NCBI GenBank assembly: GCA_964016885.1
Contig: OZ024741.1
Coordinates: forward strand, 22,010,001-22,074,000
Reading direction: 5' to 3'
DNA: 64,000 nucleotides
DNA from: Eledone cirrhosa
Lineage: Eukaryota
The translations under genes were made by a program, and so were the position numbers. Shown here in pieces: positions 55,810 to 64,000 of the stretch. Each line of letters starts with the position of its first letter. Position 1 is the first letter of the stretch. Under the pieces are notes generated by a model. That model was not told where the DNA came from. It saw only the letters and a list, made by a program, of their open reading frames with translations, and ran no database searches.

Positions 55810-56670
55810 TATAATGATATAATGAAAATTATTGTGTACAGTGCTCAGGTGCACTACAACTCATCAAAGGTCCAAGTATAGGATCCTCGTCTGGGATGCC
55901 ACTTGCAGCGACACTTTCTCCAGCCGCAACTTGGTGCAGTCTGCGACTAACCCAGGTTCTGCTGCACGTCGGGCTGAGGAGGCCAAACTCTCCAAGTACC
56001 GGTCGTTCTCCGACAGGTTCACGGTCGTGCCCTTGGCAGTGGAGACTTCTGGTGTCCTTGGCCCTAGGACTACCTCCCTACTCACCACCATAGGCGCTGA
56101 GTTGGCCAGCCGCAGGTGTGAGCCTCGCGAGTTGGAATGGTTCTTCCAGCGCATCTCCCTTGCCGTCCTCCGGGGAAACACCTTCTCCATTCTGTCCACC
56201 GGGGCTGTGGGGAGGCCAGCACGCGGGACCCCATTTACTCACCATACGAAGAGATGGGGAGGGCGAGAGAGATGGAGGCGATGACAGTGGGAGTTCGGCT
56301 GTTCTTTCATGTTTATTCAAGTATAGGGCGAGTTTCTGCTTCAGTTTTTAAATGTTGTAGACATATACAGTATATGCTTCAGTCGCCTTCCTTATTCCGT
56401 CTTTATGTACATAGAATAATGTATAAAAGTCAGGAAAATGAATAGTGTATGAGTCATGATATACATACAGATGCATGTGTGTGTGTGTATGGAGGGGAAA
56501 TATCAGGTGTAGTGATGGCGAATTTCGGGAAGCATGGAAGTTCTGAAGGATGCAGTGTCCCGGCAGCTAACAACCGATGCAGGCAGTTTGTTCCATTCTG
56601 AGTGTGAACATTGTTTCCAAACGTCATGGGAGCTGTACTGTTTTCTGACTTTGTAATCATTTTCTACCGT
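55810..56670 (-). mobile_element. CR1-like LINE 3' end, split by the CRE-like insertion
   Basis: WNKLPASVVSCRDTASFRTSMLPEIR (56500-56620, minus). The UTR halves 55810-55870 and 56405-56470 are contiguous in the uninterrupted copy at 57160-57305 (+). Confidence 0.7.
55883..56317 (+). mobile_element. CRE-like non-LTR retrotransposon 3' fragment (restriction-like endonuclease region)
   Basis: LVWDATCSDT..AARRAEEAKLSKY..VPLAVETSGVLG..FQRISLAVLRGN fits the RLE C-terminus of CRE-type elements; flanked by the direct repeat CAAGTATAGG (55873-82, 56318-27). Confidence 0.78.
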
Positions 56671-57114
56671 CTTAGAAAATTTTATTATCAATACCATTAC
56701 CATCACCGCCAATTAAATTTGAAAACAATCAAATATTTGGAGGAATTTAATAAAATTAGTAATTACTTAACAAACATTTCTAAAATATAATATGATGGAA
56801 AGTTTTCATATAAGAATAAATATTTTAAAATTAGTTTTGTATCATAGAACCAAGGAGCGGTTTCAAGCGATTTGGTATCAAAAGGATTAAATGAATTTTC
56901 TGTTAGACCCACGAGATTTTTAATGTCTTGTCCAGGGTTTCCAAGAGGAATTTTGCAAGGTGGTACAAGACCCTTTTGCGGTCCGATGCAGGCAAAGATT
57001 TTTCTCGAAATGGATGGTGCATGGTTGCTGTGGAGCCGTCTTAGCTCTTGGGCCCCGGAAAAAAGTACCGGCTGGACACCCCTCTCATAGGCCCTGGTCT
57101 TGTCCACCCAAGGA

Positions 57115-57535
57115 AGTGCATGGCCTAGTGGTCAGGGTGTTGGATTTATGACTATAAGTGTGTGTGTGTGTGCCTGCATGTATATCATGACTCATACACT
57201 GTTCACTTTCCTGACATTTGTACATTATTCCATGTACTATACATGCACCTTTGATGAATTATAGTGTACCTGAGCACTGTACATACTAATTTTCACTATT
57301 ATATAATGTCGTAGGTTCAATTCCTGAACTGTGTTGTGTTCTTGAGCAAGACACTTCATTTCACGTTGCTCCAGTATTCTCAGATGAGAGTTAGTACCAG
57401 CAATAGCTGTGAATTTAACCCCGCAATGGACTGTTTTCCTGCCCAGAGAAGGTGACTAGAGGTACTCTCAGTGGCCACAGAAACCAGGATAAGCACCGGC
57501 CCAAGACTCCTGGCTGGAGACAGACTTTAGACTCA
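57115..57535 (+). mobile_element. tRNA-derived CORE-like SINE interrupted by a CR1 3'-UTR fragment (57160-57305)
   Basis: A-box tggcctagtgg (57121) is separated from B-box ggttcaattcc (57314) by the insert; then gtgttcttgagcaagacacttcatttcac (CORE-like). Confidence 0.75.
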
Positions 57536-57734
57536 AGAAGCTCACTAAACACACCTCTTCTGTCCTAGTACTACCTTTGGAGACCCACCCACCCGTGAGT
57601 CTGAGGACCACAATCAGGGGACCACCGTTACAACACATTCTAGGTGTGAATTTTGATAGAATAACTAGATAGGGTTAAACAAAATCATTGTCCCTCGTAT
57701 AGCCTAGCCCTGGACACTCACTCCACAGCACCCA

Positions 57735-57853
57735 GAACAACAATAACAACAACAATTGCTGCTGCTACTACTACTACTACTACTACTTCTGCTACTACTA
57801 CTACTCAGTCCAGATGTGAAATGTAGGCCAGTAGTAGTAGTAGTAGTAGTAGT

Positions 57854-57899
<46 letters not shown>

Positions 57900-57947
57900 A
57901 TAGTAGTAGTAGTAGTATAGACCCAGTCCAGATGTGAAATGTAGGCC
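57735..57947. repeat. Inverted (CTG/CTA)n...(TAG/CAG)n microsatellites with a 24-bp direct repeat
   Basis: CAGTCCAGATGTGAAATGTAGGCC at 57806-29 and 57924-47. Confidence 0.85.
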
Positions 57948-58334
57948 CGCCCCATTTCAACTGTTATAAACAGCTCATTAAGTATTCTGATAATCTGTGA
58001 TAAATACATATGCCTTAGCCTCGCCCTCACCCTCAGTAATGCTACGAGATTGTTGGCTTACCTCAAAATGTCCGTTGACTCTTGTGATGTGTGACTGATT
58101 GTTACACTTGCTGGTGAATTGATGGTTGATTTGTCCCCCCTCTTCTTTTTCATTCTCTGACTTTGATCATATATTTTGGTGTTATATTTGTGAGGTTCCT
58201 AGCAGTAGTTAATTCTGTTTATATGTGTTTAGATTTTCATTCTGTACGAATTGTGAACAATTTGTAATGTTATGTATACAACTGTGAATTAAACTTTATC
58301 CAAATGCATGTTTTATGTATGGATTAATTATAAA

Positions 58335-58630
58335 GGCGTATGGCTTAGTGGTTAGAGTGCTGGACAATCGGGAGGATGTAAGTTCGATTCTGGGACCAGG
58401 TGATGCGTTGTATCCTTGAGCAAGACACATTATTTCACGTTGCTCCAGTTTACTCAGCTGTAGAAATGAGTTGCGATGTTACAGGTGCCAAGCCGTATCT
58501 ATCATCGGTGGTGTAGAGAGGGAAAACTGGTATGCATGGGCGACTGCTGGTCTTCCACAAACAACCTTACCCGGACTTGTGTCTTGGAGGGGAACTTTAT
58601 AAGTGCAAATTCCATGGCCATTCGTGACTT
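58335..58630 (+). mobile_element. tRNA-derived CORE-like SINE
   Basis: A-box tggcttagtgg, B-box agttcgattct, then tccttgagcaagacacattatttcacgttgctccag. Confidence 0.8.
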
Positions 58631-58814
58631 TAGCTTCTACCTATGCCAGAATGATTTATAATTTGTCTCATTTTCCCCATTTAAACGCTGCATAAATGGT
58701 TCCTTGGGGAAGTCGTTGGGGTACCGTATTGACATACGGCGTTCCTTAAACCTTAAACCATCTCCTCTCCAGGTCTGAAGGTGAGAGTGAGAGAGAAAGA
58801 GATATAGAGGAAGA

Positions 58815-58970
58815 ATCGGCCCAGTACTAGACTGGTATATTTTTATCGACTTTGAATGGATGAAAGGCAAAGTTGACCTCGGCGGGATTTGAACTCAGAC
58901 AACAGAAAGCCGAAAGGAATATCGCAAAGCATTCTCTCTGACATTCTAACGACTCTGCCAATTCGCCGGC
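58815..58970 (-). mobile_element. tRNA-derived SINE (Meta-like core family)
   Basis: actggtatattttatcgac..ggatgaaaggcaaagttgacctcggcgggatttgaactcaga. Confidence 0.8.
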
Positions 58971-59392
58971 TATCATTTAAACACTACTAAGAGGAAAAGT
59001 GAAATTTACTGTGGTACGTTATACTTCTATGTTACACGGTTTTGAGTTGGATTAAATTTAGTAATTTGAAAGTTAAGATTCTTGTGAAAATATATGAATA
59101 ACCGTCGGTTTTTTTTTTAAGTAAGAATGGGGGGGGGGGGGGGGTTCTTCTCCAAATTATCTCCCTCCTTTGTTTCTAACAGAGGAATTTGGATCCTTCA
59201 AAATCGTAAACACATGCCAACCGACTCACATCCTCACCTTTGTGCTGGCCCGCTGAAATAAGAAGTTTTGATATTGGTAAAATCGTTTTCTATATTATAA
59301 TTATAATAAATCGAAATGGTCTGGTCGTATCAACATTTACAAAGAATAATCTTACGTTGTTATATTTGGGGTGGGTCATGTTGTCCTGATAT

Positions 59393-60030
59393 TGTCCATG
59401 AGACACATGAGGCAGTTAAAGTGCTCCACTGACCACGGCCAGTTACATCTATCAATACATCCCATGTCTTGAGACACACGAGGCAGTTAAAGTGCTCCCT
59501 ACCGTGTCTTGAGACACACGAGGCAGCTAAAGTACTCCCTACCGTGTCTTGAGACACATGAGGCAGCTAAAGTGCTCCACTGACCACGGCCAGTTACATC
59601 TATCAATACATCCCATGTCTTGAGACACACGAGGCAGTTAAAGTGCTCCCTACCGTGTCTTGAGACACACGAGGCAGCTAAAGTACTCCCTACCGTGTCT
59701 TGAGACACATGAGGCAGCTAAAGTGCTCCACTGACCACGGCCAGTTACATCTATCAATACATCCCATGTCTTGAGACACACGAGGCAGCTAAAGTGCTCC
59801 ACTGACCACGGCCTGTTACATCTATCAATACATCCCATGTCTTGAGACACACGAGGCAGCTAAAGTGCTCCCTACCGTGTCTTGAGACACACGAGGCAGC
59901 TAAAGTGCTCCACTGACCACGGCCTGTTACATCTATCAATACATCCCATGTCTTGAGACACACGAGGCAGTTAAAGTGCTCCCTACCGTGTCTTGAGACA
60001 CACGAGGCAGCTAAAGTGCTCCCTACTCCG
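59393..60030. repeat. Two-unit minisatellite (~39 and ~70 bp) derived from an RTE 3' end
   Basis: A shared core GTCTTGAGACACACGAGGCAGCTAAAGTGCTCC is followed by either CTACCGT or ACTGACCACGGCCAGTTACATCTATCAATACATCCCAT. Confidence 0.9.
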
Positions 60031-60225
60031 TCCTGTGAAACATGAGACAGCCAAAGTGCTCCAATGACCACGGTCAGTTACATCTATCAATACATCGTTC
60101 CAGCTTTTGTTGACTGGTTTCAAGTCTCTGTTCATAGTTTGTTGCCAGTTCATCTCGGGACGTTCCATTTATCTCTTTCCATGGGGTTACCAATACACGA
60201 CCTGATTAGCATGTCTCTCTGATGG
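60020..60225 (-). mobile_element. RTE-like LINE ORF C-terminal fragment
   Basis: ERPEMNWQQTMNRDLKPVNKSWNDVLIDVTDRGHWSTLAVSC fits the RTE pattern GRP..TW...DL...W.....DR..W. Confidence 0.65.
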
Positions 60226-60603
60226 ACTGTACCTGTAATTTGAAGGTCAATTCTTGTCACATACTCTGACACGCTGAATCTCCCCGAGAATACCGTTAAG
60301 GGTACACGTGTCTGTGGAACGCTCGGCCACTTAAACGTTAATTTCATGAGAAGTATTTGACTTTAGTTGAGTTCTAAGTCAGTTCTGACTAAAAGGAGAC
60401 ATTCTGTGATCAAAGACGTTCCAATCCTGACCATCTCATCCAGGATCATGTCATGTAATATGTCCTTCGTTTTCGTTTGTTCTTTTAAAGATTGTAGTGT
60501 GATTTGTGGGAGATTTAACTGCTATCTCTAGTTGGTTAAGTAGGCCACATAGTAGCTCTCTCTCTCGTTGGAGCTTAGAACAAAGTTTTATGAGAGGTAG
60601 GTC

Positions 60604-61038
60604 AGAGAGCGAGAGAGAGAGAGAGAGAGAGAGGGGGAGAGAGAGAGGGTGTGTGTGTGTGTGTGTGTGAAGAGGGTAGCGTGAATGTGAGTATGTGTGT
60701 GTTGGATAGAGAAATACTGTGTGTGTGTGTGTGTGTGTGGAGGGAAGCTTGAATGTGAATGTGTGTGTTGGTGTAAGAAAGAAATACTGTATGTGTGTGT
60801 GTGTGTGAGAAAGAAACAATGTGTATGTGTGTGAAGAAGGAAGCTGAATGTGAGAATGTATGTGTTGGAAAAAGAAGAGGGATAGACAGAAGAGAGAGAG
60901 AGAGAGAGAGGGGGCGATAGAGACAGATAGTGAGAGATAGATAGATAGAGAGTGAGAGATAGATAGATAGATAGACAGAGAGAGAGAGAGATAGATAGAG
61001 AGATAGAGAGAGATAGATAGAGATAGAGTGAGAGAGAG

Positions 61039-61109
<71 letters not shown>

Positions 61110-61144
61110 TAGAGATAGAGTGAGAGATAGATAGATAGATAGAC

Positions 61145-61177
<33 letters not shown>

Positions 61178-61210
61178 TAGAGAGAGATAGAGTGAGAGAT
61201 AGATAGATAT
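60604..61210. repeat. (GA)n/(GT)n/(GATA)n microsatellite block
   Basis: Direct reading. Confidence 0.93.
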
Positions 61211-64000
61211 GTTTCTTTTATTTGCCACCAGGGCATCAAAAGTGGGACAAGTACAATGGGGGGAGTTTACAAAACAAGGCGTCCTCAATAAGGAGGAGGC
61301 AATAACAATATATAAAAATAAAATAAAATATAACAAAAAATAGAATTATAACAAAATCCTCAATAGAGGATTTTGTTATAAAATATAACAAAAAATAAAA
61401 TTTATAACAAAATCCTCAATAGAGAGGAGGCGCCTTGGGGGGTCGCACACACCCCCGAAAAAAGTGTGCAACCCTTTTCCTCAGGAGCACAGAGAGGGGG
61501 TGCTCCCTCGTTCCTTCCTCTTTTCCACCTACAGGCTTATGTAAAGAGAAGGCCCATTCACACGGGCCATTCTCGCCACTTTCACCCACCTTTCATAAAA
61601 ACGACTGGGGTGGAGCACCTCTCTCTCCATCCTGATCTTTCTTCCGAAATGATATCGGAAGAAACGGACCAGTTGTTGGCCAGAGAGAAAGGTGCCTGAC
61701 CTTCAGTCCTTTCAGACGCGTCCACCATACAACTTCTTTCACCATGGCTATTACGCACAGAAACACCGCCTCTCCTTCATCTTTGAAGGGGGGAGGCGGC
61801 TTGATCATTACAATAGACTCGGTGGTCAACCGGATCGGTCCCACCCTTGACAGCAGTTGTTCGACATAGCCCCACAGATCGGCTACGCCCGAGCAGTGTA
61901 CCAATGCGTGTGCAACGGTTTCCTCGTCGCACACGCATCTGGGATAGATCTTTTTGGCGGGGTCCCTACCCGGGCGCCCGTGTCTGTAGAGCCTTTCTCG
62001 AACGGGTAGAGCCCCTCGGTAGCACTGCCAGGCCAGGGACTTCTGGAAGTTGTCCATAGGTCCTGGGCTGAATGTCCTACCGAACAGGCTGGCCAGTTCG
62101 TCCTCCTCCATGTCTAGGGCTTCTCCGAGGGCGTCGTCGCACCTGCTGCGTACCAGCCCTCTATAGAATGTTGCGGTGGAGTCTCCACTGATAACCGGAT
62201 CCGCCTGCCAGAGGGCGGTGAGCGCCTGGGCACACTCAGTGTGCCAGGCGCCCAGTTTTCTCGGTCTTTGCTTGACCCAGGATTGCAGCTTGGTGAGTGA
62301 GACGAGTCTGGGAAAGGTTCGTCTCACAAAGGAGGCCCACACCGGTTGACCGGTGAGGAATACGTAGAGGTGCCGTAGCCTTAATGCGTGTTTACGCATC
62401 ATTAGCCACGGCATCCCCAGCCCTCCTTTCGAAGGGTGTTGACAGCAGATGGATCTCCTCACCATAGGAGCCCGCCTCTTCCAAAGGAATTGGAGGAGCG
62501 CGCGCTCCATCTTGGTGAGGGTTTCCCTTGGGCAGGGCACTACGGTCAGGCGGTAGTAGATGACGGACGCTATATAGGTGTTCGCCACCTCCGCCCGACC
62601 TTTCAGGGATAGTTTGCAACTGGCCCACTTCTGGGTCAGTGCAAACACCCTGTTCGTAACCTCCGCCCAGTTTTTCTCCACCTGGAGGTCCGGTCCGAAC
62701 CAGACCCCGAGCAACTTCACCGGGCCCTCCGTCCAGCGTCCGACGACGCCATCGGAGGGCATCGGTCTACCCCTCCACGTGCCGAGTTGCAAACCGATCG
62801 ACTTGTCCCGGTTCAGCTTAAGCCCCTGTGAACCTTTCGTACTCCTCCAGTAAGGTGCCGACCGCCTCGATTTCGGAGGCCGTCGACACCATTACTGTCA
62901 CGTCATCGGCGTAGGCCGACACCGCTTTCCGCAATCCCGGTTCCAAAGGGATGCCCTGCAACAACTCCAACTTCCGCAGTAGTGGCTCGAGAGTCAACAC
63001 ATACAGAAGGGAGGAGAGAGGGCACCCTTGTCGGATGGACCGCGCGATTTTGAACGGCTCCGAGAGGTAGCCGTTCACCTTGACCCTAGAGCAGATGCGG
63101 CTGCTGTGCATAGCAGTGATCCAGCCCCTGAAAACGGGTCCGAAGCCTGCCGCCGCTAGCACCGCATCCAGGTAACCATGGTAGACCCTATCGAACGCCT
63201 TAGATTGATCCAAGTTGATCAGAGCCCCTCCAAAGCCGGGTTCGTTCCCAACCCTCTCTATGATGTATCGCATGAGGTGGAGGTTGTCATGGATGGACCT
63301 GGACGGGATAGCGCATGTCTGCGCATCTCCCACCAGGTTGCCCACGACAAGCGCCAACCTCTTTGCTAGCACCTTGGCCAAAATCTGTAACTCTGTATTT
63401 AGCAGAGTTATGGGCCTGAAGTTACTTATTTCGTCCCCCTTGTTCTCGTCCTTCCTCACTAGTGTGACTACGCCCTTGGTCACAGTACAGGGAATTCTCC
63501 CGTTCTGTTGCCAGTTGCAGTAGACCGCCTCGAGGATATCGAGGAACAAGTCCGGCATAGCTAGATATAATTCGTAAGGAAGACCATCGAAACCCGGGGA
63601 TTTGCGTTTGCCGCATTGGCCCAGCACGTCCTCTATCTCAGCGGCCGAAATCGGCTCCTCGCAGGACTTCGCCTCCCTGTCCGAGAGACGCGGCAGGCCG
63701 TCGAGGTATGGACCGAAATCCACATTCCCAACCGGCTCCCCGCCCCTCCCGAACAGTCGGGCAAAGTGCGTTTGAAAGGCCTCACACATCTGCTTAGGCT
63801 CAAGAATCGCCCGTCCATCCAAGTCTCGCAAAGACCGGATAGTGGATTTAGTTCCACTGTTGGCCTCTGTCACGCGGGCCCAGCTAACAGCTTTGGTCCC
63901 CTCGTTCCCTAGAGCACGTATTTTACTTCGGACAACGCAGCCTTCGTGCTTCGCGTCGAAAAACTGGCTCAAAGCCGTTCTCGACGCTAGCACTCTGGCC
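61211..64000 (-). mobile_element. L1/Tx1-like LINE ORF2 (RT + C-terminal zf-RVT-like region) and 3' UTR; frameshifted; continues past the window
   Basis: KSPGFDGLPYELY, NFRPITLLN, LDQSKAFDRV, IRQGCPLS, AYADDVTV, VKLLGVWFG, LSLKGRAEVAN, AWQCYRGALPV and PRC..EETVAHALVHC. A 1-nt insertion at ~62819 breaks TGAKLNRDKS, and a second frameshift lies at ~61700. The 3' end ccctggtggcaaataaaagaaa abuts (TATC)n. Confidence 0.95.

Noticed and set aside
56850-57100. Possible DNA-transposon ends (…tggtatcaaaaggattaa; …ggccctg)
   Set aside because: Single ends only; no matching TIR, TSD or transposase found.
58335-58410. tRNA gene (A/B boxes; also at 57115)
   Set aside because: No intact cloverleaf; continues into a SINE body.
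59393-60030. CRISPR-like repeat-spacer appearance
   Set aside because: Only two recurring spacer sequences, no cas genes, eukaryotic context, and derivable from the RTE end.

Overview
Eukaryotic, very repeat-rich DNA. The SINE/LINE repertoire looks like Octopus or another cephalopod (inference from recognised repeat motifs, not a search). About 60% of the window is three simple-sequence satellite arrays: a 45-bp GGT-rich array (4.76-6.72 kb), a 19/25-bp array (6.78-16.56 kb) and a ~29-bp CCA-rich array (18.3-45.0 kb). The rest is microsatellites and retroelement fragments from several clades: a Penelope-like element (RT + GIY-YIG), L1/Tx1-like, CR1-like, RTE-like and CRE-like elements, plus tRNA-derived SINEs. 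The only host-gene sequence seen is a probable first coding exon of a RERG/RASL11/RASL12-like small GTPase (53198-53423). The most notable signal is three different + strand minimal type-I hammerhead-ribozyme folds in (TA)n-associated non-coding elements (2051-2190, 47811-47889, 54274-54339). One sits in a 478-bp partial-tandem, retrozyme-like unit, and one is in sense orientation in the GTPase intron. Also notable are apparent (TATC)n targeting by the Tx1-like family, two successive SINE insertions at one 18-bp site, a minisatellite grown from an RTE 3' end, and ~3.8-kb internal duplications in both large arrays. Nearly all long ORFs in the supplied track are repeat artefacts.
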